Source of the DNA: Bacteroidales bacterium | GTDB taxonomy: Bacteria > Bacteroidota > Bacteroidia > Bacteroidales > F082 | Assembly (NCBI GenBank): GCA_017632935.1 | Contig: JAGBQJ010000013.1 | Coordinates: forward strand, 5,970 to 69,969 | Reading direction: 5' to 3' | DNA: 64,000 nucleotides | Shown here: positions 28,220 through 35,596 of the stretch, piece by piece | How positions within the stretch are numbered: position 1 is the first letter of the stretch | Layout of the letters: each line of letters opens with the position of its first letter | Notes under the pieces: generated by a model | What the model was told of the DNA's origin: nothing | The model's input: the letters and a program-made list of their open reading frames with translations, nothing else | Databases searched by the model: none | Translations under genes and position numbers: made by a program

Positions 28220-29041
28220 ATGGACGGAAACAATAATGGTTCGTTTTGGCCGAGTTACGTGGACGTTATGACAACGCTGTTTGCCATAATGCTCGTGTTG
28301 TTTGCCGTGTCTTTCAGTCGATTCAAAATCAAAGAGAAAGAATTGACAGAAAAAGTCGAAGAGCTTAGAGATACGGAAACAAGGCTTCAGGAGATTGTGG
28401 ATGAATACGACGATATTCTGAAGATTTATTCCACTGTTGGAAAAATCGACGCGACAGACTATTTCGGCTACAACAAGCCCTATCTGAAACATTTGTTCCA
28501 GATAAATGTGGAGTATCAGACGAAGGAATATGCCATCAATAAGCTGAAGCTTGATTTGACTGATGTAAACGCGGCCAACAAAAAAAGAGATAGCATCGTT
28601 GCCGCTGGTGAGTTGATAAAAAACACCATTCTTGAATTGAATAGTAGCGTTCCTGATACTATAGAGAATAACATCAAATTCCTCGTTATCATCGAGGGTC
28701 AATCTTCAAGGATTCCTTTCAACGAAGGGCCATGGAGAAACAATTACACCCTCTCCTATCTAAGGGCACAATACCTGAATGCGTTTTGGAAAGAACATGG
28801 CATTGATTTGAATAGCATTCCGAGATGTGAACTTATTATTTCTGGTAGTGGCGAGGAAGGTGTACCGAGAGAAGTGCCAGATAAAACAAGGCTCACTCAA
28901 TTATTCCCCAATAGCGTCGATTACCAAAAGCAATGGCATAAGATAGAAGAAAGGAATCAGCGTTTCTTAATAAACATCGTGCCAGTGTTGGGTAATATCG
29001 ACAGCACAAGAGAAAAGATTGAAAAGATAAAAGGCAAGTAG
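28220..29041 (+). CDS. MotB/ZorB-like protein with an OmpA-like peptidoglycan-binding domain (operon gene 6)
   Basis: FWPSYVDVMTTLFAIMLVLFAVS contains the conserved plug/TM Asp (nt 28262-28264). C-terminal FLVIIEGQSS...NNYTLSYLRAQYL is OmpA-like. A TTG at 28205 is an alternative start. Confidence 0.7.
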   Translation: MDGNNNGSFWPSYVDVMTTLFAIMLVLFAVSFSRFKIKEKELTEKVEELRDTETRLQEIVDEYDDILKIYSTVGKIDATDYFGYNKPYLKHLFQINVEYQTKEYAINKLKLDLTDVNAANKKRDSIVAAGELIKNTILELNSSVPDTIENNIKFLVIIEGQSSRIPFNEGPWRNNYTLSYLRAQYLNAFWKEHGIDLNSIPRCELIISGSGEEGVPREVPDKTRLTQLFPNSVDYQKQWHKIEERNQRFLINIVPVLGNIDSTREKIEKIKGK

Positions 29042-29042
29042 A

Positions 29043-30206
29043 ATGGGTGCGTTATGGTCTGAAGATTACGAAAAGGTGTTTGGCAAGCCAACAAAGTGGT
29101 CGCTTTTTTCGGAGGACGAAGAGGCGTATGAGGCTTTCCGTAAGACCATCATAAACTCACCTCATTACGTGTACGATAAGGATAAGCTGCCTTTTACAGG
29201 TGTGAAAGTCTATGGTTACGATTTGTATTTATTGAAGCTTACTATCGACCAGAAAAAAGCAGAGGGCAAGAAACTGTTTTATATCAAGGACGAAACACCT
29301 GGTTTAGCCAAGGTTCTTGCATTTGGCTATTTTAACAAAAACAGTCAATTGTTTTATTTGCTTGCCAACAGCTTGATAAGAAAGACGGATTTCCAACAAA
29401 AGATGAAGAAGGATTCGTCTCTTTATTGGCCAGTCTACAGGTTGCAAGCTAAAAGCGAGATAAGAAAATGCGATGCCGATACGAAGGATGAACAAGGCCG
29501 AGCCTTGCAATTAGAGTTGTTTCAACCAGAAGGCTATCGCATGATTGAGGACGTGGATTGTTCCGCATCCTTAGCTGCAGCTTATGCGCTTGGTCAGGAA
29601 GCTGATTTTACGAAGTGGAAAGGGATGGATGGCAAGACACTCGCGGAAACATATCCCTTTTATAGCGGAAGCTATTCTGAGCTTATTGATATAAAAACTA
29701 CTTGGAGCAAACTTCGTTCTCTGAAGGAAAAGCCCACACCGATTGTTGAAGAAAATGGCACAGACAAGCTATCGTTGTTTAATAAGATCATCACTCCTCT
29801 TATTCAGCACAAAGAGAAAGCAGCAGCCAAAAAAGTTGCACATAAGCGCAAGGAGTTGACCGAAATACAATGCTTTTTGATAGACGAAGGGCAAAGTGAA
29901 AAGTACAGCGCAAGGGGATGCTATTATGTGAAAGAAGAAACCATCAAAGTTTTTGCTGGTGCGGTGTTATCCACCGATGTTTCGTCTACGCTTAGGTATT
30001 CACTTGCGGACTACCAACGTAGATCTTTCATCAAGGAGCATTGCTCAACTAAGAAGTCAAAATATACACTGAAAGAAGATTATTACTTTGATTCGGCAGA
30101 CACTGCTGCACTTTATGTGATGGGACAGATTGTCGAAGGATTATCGGTGTGGATGACAATTGATGGCAAATCATTGGAGGAAAGAATCAATGAAGAAGTA
30201 TATTAG
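29043..30206 (+). CDS. Hypothetical protein with two DUF4357-like motifs (operon gene 7)
   Basis: Internal duplication: DCSASLAAAYALGQEADFTKWKGMDGKTLAE and FDSADTAALYVMGQIVEGLSVWMTIDGKSLEE. These resemble the SPSxAAxxxxGxxxNGxxxWKxxxGKxL tail of DUF4357. It starts 1 nt after gene 6. Confidence 0.5.
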   Translation: MGALWSEDYEKVFGKPTKWSLFSEDEEAYEAFRKTIINSPHYVYDKDKLPFTGVKVYGYDLYLLKLTIDQKKAEGKKLFYIKDETPGLAKVLAFGYFNKNSQLFYLLANSLIRKTDFQQKMKKDSSLYWPVYRLQAKSEIRKCDADTKDEQGRALQLELFQPEGYRMIEDVDCSASLAAAYALGQEADFTKWKGMDGKTLAETYPFYSGSYSELIDIKTTWSKLRSLKEKPTPIVEENGTDKLSLFNKIITPLIQHKEKAAAKKVAHKRKELTEIQCFLIDEGQSEKYSARGCYYVKEETIKVFAGAVLSTDVSSTLRYSLADYQRRSFIKEHCSTKKSKYTLKEDYYFDSADTAALYVMGQIVEGLSVWMTIDGKSLEERINEEVY

Positions 30207-31047
30207 TATAGCTTTGGTCTTTGTGGTTGTGCTGCTTATTATGGCTTTGATTATTCGAGGTTCGAATGATTCAGAAGAGGTGTATGATGGGTTCGTACAA
30301 CAGGTTGAACAAAACGACACGCCTTCGTCGAGCAATCCTGTTGGACAACTGCGGACAGGACTGGAAATCCCATGCTATGATTTTGTGGTAGATGAACAGA
30401 TAATGGCTAAGCGAGGATATACTGTTTCGTTTAATCCAGATACCAAGCTGCCCAACTGGGTTGCGTATGAGCTGACTGCCGATGAGACAGATGGGCCTTG
30501 GACAAGGAAAGGTTTAAGGTTCGTCCCTGACCCATATTGTAAAGGAGAACAGGCAGACAGAGAAGACTATAGAAACTCGGGGTATTCACATGGTCATTTG
30601 GCTCCTGCGGGAGATATGAAATGGGACAGCTTGGCCATGATTGAGAGTTTCTATTACACGAATTGCATACCACAAGATGCCAATTTGAATACAGGAAAAT
30701 GGCACCAGCTGGAGGAAAAAACTAGAAAACTTGCAAGAGAATATGGCAACGTCTATATCGTTACGGGGCCAGTTATTCAATATGATTCAATAGAGAGAAT
30801 TGGGAATCACGGAATACCTGTGCCTATAGCTTGTTACAAGGCTCTTATGATTCGCAACAAGGAACGCTACTCGGCTATAGGGTTCGTCATGCTCAATGGA
30901 GGCGAACAGCGATCAATGAAAGAATGTGCCTGTACTGTGGATGAGCTTGAAGCGTTGCTTGGCTTGAACATGTTTTACAATCTGCCTAATGACATAGAAG
31001 AGGGCGTTGAAAGCAAAGTAACTTGGGCCGATTGGAATCTGCGGTAG
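30190..31047 (+). CDS. Signal-anchored DNA/RNA non-specific endonuclease (NucA/EndoG beta-beta-alpha-Me family; operon gene 8)
   Basis: MKKYISIALVFVVVLLIMALII anchor. Catalytic region YSHGHLAPAGD (nt 30589-30597 = HGH) and NCIPQDANLNTGKW. It overlaps gene 7 by 17 nt. Confidence 0.75.
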   Translation: MKKYISIALVFVVVLLIMALIIRGSNDSEEVYDGFVQQVEQNDTPSSSNPVGQLRTGLEIPCYDFVVDEQIMAKRGYTVSFNPDTKLPNWVAYELTADETDGPWTRKGLRFVPDPYCKGEQADREDYRNSGYSHGHLAPAGDMKWDSLAMIESFYYTNCIPQDANLNTGKWHQLEEKTRKLAREYGNVYIVTGPVIQYDSIERIGNHGIPVPIACYKALMIRNKERYSAIGFVMLNGGEQRSMKECACTVDELEALLGLNMFYNLPNDIEEGVESKVTWADWNLR

Positions 31048-31056
31048 TTGATACTA

Positions 31057-31074
31057 ATCCAAGGTTTGTTGGAT
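31057..31074. terminator. Weak bidirectional hairpin between convergent genes
   Basis: ATCCAA-ggtttg-TTGGAT, between the stops at 31047 (+) and 31086 (-). Confidence 0.3.
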
Positions 31075-31085
31075 AGTCCCGCCTT

Positions 31086-32150
31086 TCATCGTCCATCTTC
31101 AACAAGTCCCAACTCATCAATCATGTGTTGTATGCTCGGCAGCGTTTCCATCATTAGCTGCAAATCGGTTTTCGGCTTGCCGAATAACCATTGATATTCA
31201 GCCTCTGGCTTTGGTGGGACATAACCGCCTTTCAATTCATCAATAAACACATCAGCGATGTCAATCTTGGCGGCTCGTTGCTCGGGAGACGCATGCTTCT
31301 CCAAAGCGTCTGAGACGGTTATTTTACAGAACGCGAGCGTTTCGGCTTGCTTCTTCCAAACCTCATAAGCGTCAACGTCGGGGAACAAGATAACCGTTCT
31401 ACCAGTCAAAACTTTCATTTTTTCGACTGGCATCTGTGATTTGCCTCCTGTGGCAAGCCAAAGAAATTGAGGGTGGTATGCTGCACCAATCAAGGCGGTT
31501 TTCTCGCTCTCAACGACTGCAACAACTTTGTCCTTGTTCATTGACCAATTCAGCAAGTGCTCACCAAACAAGCATTGCGTCACCTCCCAATCATCAGGCA
31601 AAAGACCGTCTTTCTTCATCTTGGCATGAACCCAATTCACACCATACCCATCTTTGGTGCGGTGGCCATCTTCGCCATACTTCATTATCTTGCCCGACCT
31701 CACTCTGCCGTTGATGTCGATTTGCCAGAAGATGACATCTCTGTCTTTGGTGGCGCCGAGTGCATACAGTTCGCCCAGCCTTTTTATTGTCGGACTGTCA
31801 AGGGTGTTTCTGTCGAACAAGCCACAGAGGAACAAGATAAAGTCGCTGTTGTAGCTTGCCGACTGAAGCACATACCTGAAGGGGATGGTGCAAAGTGGCT
31901 TGGGAGGCTTGGGCTGAGGCCGTTTCTTGGCGGTAATGTTCTTAGGGCGTTGTTCGCCTTGATGGTCTTGGAAGTATTCGCTTGGGGTGTAATGGTAACA
32001 GCAACTGCTTTCATGGTCGCATCGGCCACAAGTTGGGTCGATGGGCTGGTTGTCATCGTCAACATAGTACGTGAAAGAATGAGGGTCGTGGCAATTAGGG
32101 CACTCGTGGCGTGAGGCTCTGCCGTGGTATTTTTCAAGTTGATAGTTCAT
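31086..32150 (-). CDS. DNA primase-like protein (N-terminal zinc finger plus Toprim-like domain)
   Basis: The start is set at Met 32150 (MNYQLEKYHG). Cys/His cluster: HECPNCHD...CGRCDHESSCCYH. Toprim-like motifs: VVAVVESEKTAL and VILFPDVDAY. Confidence 0.65.
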   Translation of the reverse strand: MNYQLEKYHGRASRHECPNCHDPHSFTYYVDDDNQPIDPTCGRCDHESSCCYHYTPSEYFQDHQGEQRPKNITAKKRPQPKPPKPLCTIPFRYVLQSASYNSDFILFLCGLFDRNTLDSPTIKRLGELYALGATKDRDVIFWQIDINGRVRSGKIMKYGEDGHRTKDGYGVNWVHAKMKKDGLLPDDWEVTQCLFGEHLLNWSMNKDKVVAVVESEKTALIGAAYHPQFLWLATGGKSQMPVEKMKVLTGRTVILFPDVDAYEVWKKQAETLAFCKITVSDALEKHASPEQRAAKIDIADVFIDELKGGYVPPKPEAEYQWLFGKPKTDLQLMMETLPSIQHMIDELGLVEDGR

Positions 32151-32166
32151 TGGCTTTTCTCCTTCT

Positions 32167-32236
32167 TGTCCCGCTGTCCCATCTGTCCCACTGTCCCACG
32201 AATGGTACATTTGGGACGGTGGGACACTTGGGACAC
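32167..32236. repeat. Iteron-like array: 4x TGTCCC(A), then 3x inverted (T)GGGAC, spaced 8-9 bp
   Basis: Direct copies start at 32167, 32175, 32184 and 32192. Inverted copies start at 32213, 32221 and 32230. The array lies in the 89-nt gap between the ATPase stop and the primase start. Confidence 0.65.
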
Positions 32237-32239
32237 TTC

Positions 32240-33415
32240 TTATTTAAGTCCAAGTTTCTTGACGATACGTTGAACTGTGGACTTGCTTATGCCTAACTGC
32301 TCCGCGATTTCACGGAAAGAAAGGCCTTGGCTACGTAGTTCCATGACGGTGTTTTCAAGTTCCGAAACATCGTTTTCGGAACGCTCTTTAAGGTGTTCTC
32401 GTTCGGTTGCAAATTCCATAGGAACGAATTGCAGGAATGCGTTGATTTGCTCTAATTGACACACAATCACATTATCTGCACCATACTCAAATTCACCATA
32501 ACGGACTTTCATTTGCTTTATATAACGCAGTCCAGCATCCTTTGCACTCCTGCCGATAGAGAAGCAACTATCGAAAAAATTGAATAGTTTCTTGCTCCCC
32601 GCCACATCGTTTTGCGTTATTGGGCTTGAAAGACTGCGTTTGGGAGTGTGAGCGATGATAAGCAAGGACAAATCGTACTTCTTTTTTAATTTGATGAGTT
32701 TCATCATGAATTGCCCTGCGATATCGCCTTTCTCGCTGTTGCTGCAGATCCATGTCAGATTGTCGATGATTATCACTTTTGCTCTTGTTTGTAGCGCAAC
32801 AGCCTCTATCTGGTTAATGATGTCGTCCTCGAAGGTTTTGACATCCAACAATTCTTTATCAATATCACTTCGAAGAAAGTTATCCGAAAAATGATAAGTA
32901 TTTCCCTCCTTATCCGTGTATCGGAGTTGGAACTGCTTGTCAGAAAGCTCAAAATCGAAGTACAACACTCTTTGCATTTGCGCTATGCTTTCGGCAATCT
33001 GGACGGCATAGATGGATTTGCCCAAATTGCTGTCGGCGAACAGACAGCAGACTTCACCCTCATACCATAACGACAACCATAGTGGCTTGGGGTCAGGACG
33101 TTGCTTCGCCTCCATCAAGGTTTGGTTGGCTGACTTGATACGAAACATTCCAACAATTTCGGGAACCGCATCCTTCACGGCTTCCGACTTCTCCAAATCC
33201 TCCTCGATGGCCTTTAAGATACTCGTGTTGTTCTCCTTTTCCATGTCGTTGCTCGTGGTTGTTGTAATTGTTGAAAGAACTCTCGTTGGCGACAACGATT
33301 TTGTAACATTTACAGCAATGGATTGGGATTTATTTTGTACCTTTGCAACACCTTCATAAAGATTCATTGATTTGGCGGCTGCGCTTGGCGTGGCCGCTAT
33401 TCCTATTATTTTCAC
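32240..33415 (-). CDS. RecA-like/AAA ATPase (replicative helicase or loader-like) with a C-terminal HTH
   Basis: Walker A FADSNLGKSIYAVQIA, Walker B KVIIIDNLTW, C-terminal HTH LSFREIAEQLGISKSTVQRIVKKLG. Confidence 0.65.
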   Translation of the reverse strand: MKIIGIAATPSAAAKSMNLYEGVAKVQNKSQSIAVNVTKSLSPTRVLSTITTTTSNDMEKENNTSILKAIEEDLEKSEAVKDAVPEIVGMFRIKSANQTLMEAKQRPDPKPLWLSLWYEGEVCCLFADSNLGKSIYAVQIAESIAQMQRVLYFDFELSDKQFQLRYTDKEGNTYHFSDNFLRSDIDKELLDVKTFEDDIINQIEAVALQTRAKVIIIDNLTWICSNSEKGDIAGQFMMKLIKLKKKYDLSLLIIAHTPKRSLSSPITQNDVAGSKKLFNFFDSCFSIGRSAKDAGLRYIKQMKVRYGEFEYGADNVIVCQLEQINAFLQFVPMEFATEREHLKERSENDVSELENTVMELRSQGLSFREIAEQLGISKSTVQRIVKKLGLK

Positions 33416-33756
33416 GCCTTGCCTCCTTTCTTTGAGTAATTGTCATTGAGTAGTTGCTCGATGTCTCGTCGTCGGTAATAGATTTTGTTATTTATCCGGG
33501 TATAAGGCAGAGTGCCATTGCTTCGTAGTGTCTGCAAGGTGCGCAGACTGACGTGTAGAGCGAGCATGACATCCTGATTATCAACCCAATCCTTCAAGCC
33601 GTTTTCCTCACTGTCGCTGTCATCGATAACGAGGTCGGGATAGGCCTCCCGAAGGGCTTTAAGGCAAGGGCACTGTTCAAGTGCTTGCCTGAAGAGGTCT
33701 TTGTGGCCATTGGCAGTGTTTGCTATGCCGATGCCGACGAATTTAGAGCTGCTCAT
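33412..33756 (-). CDS. Excisionase-family/AlpA-like HTH protein
   Basis: VMLALHVSLRTLQTLRSNGTLPYTRINNKIYYRRRDIEQLL (HTH_17-like). It overlaps its neighbours by 4 nt. Confidence 0.65.
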   Translation of the reverse strand: MSSSKFVGIGIANTANGHKDLFRQALEQCPCLKALREAYPDLVIDDSDSEENGLKDWVDNQDVMLALHVSLRTLQTLRSNGTLPYTRINNKIYYRRRDIEQLLNDNYSKKGGKA

Positions 33757-34058
33757 TTGGGGCCTCCTTTCTGTAAGATGTGGTTGATGTCGCTCTGTCT
33801 GTAGCGGTCGTTGCCACCTATCCTTATTGGGACAAGGTAGCCTCTCTGCTTCCAGCGATAAAGCGTAGCCTTGGAGATTTCGAGCATCTCCATGACCTTC
33901 TCACCGGTCAGGTAGGCTTCGGCTTTGCTCTCGCTGATACTCTGCTCCAGCTCGGCTTTGGTTTCAGCAATCAACTGGGTGGCAAAGTCCTTTAATTCCG
34001 CTGCCGTGATTGTGATGTTGATTGCGGGTGCGCATTGCGCCAATTCTTGAATATTCAT
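33753..34058 (-). CDS. Excisionase-family HTH protein
   Basis: VMEMLEISKATLYRWKQRGYLVPIRIGGNDRYRQSDINHIL (HTH_17-like). Confidence 0.7.
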   Translation of the reverse strand: MNIQELAQCAPAINITITAAELKDFATQLIAETKAELEQSISESKAEAYLTGEKVMEMLEISKATLYRWKQRGYLVPIRIGGNDRYRQSDINHILQKGGPK

Positions 34059-34276
34059 ATTTCAATGAATTTTAGGTTACGCCCTCTTTTTTTTGCTTCG
34101 GGCTTTGCAGCAATCCGCATCATTGCGTTTTGCGATTTCAAAGTTAGGGTGAGGAAAGTGAGATAGGGTGTGGAAAATGAAAAAATACAACCGATTAAAT
34201 TGCTATAATTCAATCGGTTGCATTTATATTGAAACGAGAAAGTGAGAAAATTATGATAGCCTGTGAGGATGAGCTA

Positions 34277-35584
34277 TCAACCTATTCCATTATCTTTCAT
34301 TTTTTTCTTTAATGTTGTTTCGAGATCCGCTGATTTATCAGTGTTGTACTTATTCATTTCTTTTTCCGATAAACCTGCGGAATTGCAGATGGCAATATAC
34401 CATTCTTTGTTGAAGCAGGGTTGGATGCATTTGATAAACCCCTTGAACTTGGTGATTTTACGAACCCAGAGTGATTCGCCTTTTTTTAATTTGGGAACAC
34501 AGCAGCTTGTTATGTTGTTAACAAAGTCTTGTTTGGTTAAAAGCAAATTACTAACGACACCATCTTCAACAAGACAATCGTACAAATCGGGCAAGGCGTT
34601 TAAGATTTTGTCGTTTAAGATGTTGGGGCTATCCGATGTTTTTAGAGGAGGCGTTTCGAATATAGGTAAATGCTCTATCAAATCCCAGTTGTCAACTTCA
34701 AAAAACACACCCTCTGCAGGATTCCATTCCCTTCGCAAATACACTCCTGTTTTCTGTTGATATTCGTTTAAGTCGAGGCCATTCTGAATCAACACGTCAT
34801 ACAGACCTTTTGCGAATTTATTCATGTCGTTAAGCAAACCACGTAAAACACGTTCTATTGAATCTGGATCGTCTTTTCCGTGATAGCTGGTACCCGTACA
34901 AAGTAACCTGATAAACTTTTGAGATTCTTTGGTTGGGATAGGAGGTCTCAACACTTCACATAATTCCTTAAAAGGCAGCAACAACGAGCAAATATATTGG
35001 TCTGTTTCTGATGGTGTTTTGCAGCTTTCAATGTGTCTTCTTATTTCGTAGGTCAATTCTGACACTGCTGCCATATTACGATATGAATCCCTTTGTTTGA
35101 GAATAAGTTTTTGCGGCTTCGGCCTCACTTTTCTCGTACCATGCTTGAGACCAATGAAAGCTATACATTCATGTGCCAGTTCCTCAAAAGCCACAAGGGA
35201 GTCATTTACTGATGATTTAGGTTCTTTTTCCTTTACCCACTTTTGAAAGTAGTTTATTATGCCTTGGACTTGATAGGCTGCTTCGTGGATTCTAAACATT
35301 CCTCTGGTAGCACCTGTACAATACTTCCTCCATACTGGCATTAACTTTTCGAAGATTTCAACGCCAAGTACATAATCGTCTGTGTCGATAATAAGGTCAC
35401 ACAGGGTTTCAAGTGCTTTACTAAGCTTTCCCAACGCTCCATCGACATATAGTTGACACTTTATATTGTAACCCTCGTCAGTACTGATATAGGCCACATT
35501 ATCATCAATGGTTTCAAGTGCCTTGAATATGATAGGCTTCTGTTCTTCCGTTATCTTCAGTATTTGACTCTTGGTGTATTCCAT
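34277..35584 (-). CDS. Hypothetical protein (435 aa), island core
   Basis: Long ORF immediately downstream of the integrase with ordinary amino-acid composition. No motif was recognised. Confidence 0.6.
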   Translation of the reverse strand: MEYTKSQILKITEEQKPIIFKALETIDDNVAYISTDEGYNIKCQLYVDGALGKLSKALETLCDLIIDTDDYVLGVEIFEKLMPVWRKYCTGATRGMFRIHEAAYQVQGIINYFQKWVKEKEPKSSVNDSLVAFEELAHECIAFIGLKHGTRKVRPKPQKLILKQRDSYRNMAAVSELTYEIRRHIESCKTPSETDQYICSLLLPFKELCEVLRPPIPTKESQKFIRLLCTGTSYHGKDDPDSIERVLRGLLNDMNKFAKGLYDVLIQNGLDLNEYQQKTGVYLRREWNPAEGVFFEVDNWDLIEHLPIFETPPLKTSDSPNILNDKILNALPDLYDCLVEDGVVSNLLLTKQDFVNNITSCCVPKLKKGESLWVRKITKFKGFIKCIQPCFNKEWYIAICNSAGLSEKEMNKYNTDKSADLETTLKKKMKDNGIG

Positions 35585-35596
35585 AATCTTCTCCTA

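Noticed and set aside
34263-34760. 165-aa plus-strand ORF
   Set aside because: It is antisense to the 435-aa island gene. It is hydrophobic and low-complexity with no start context.
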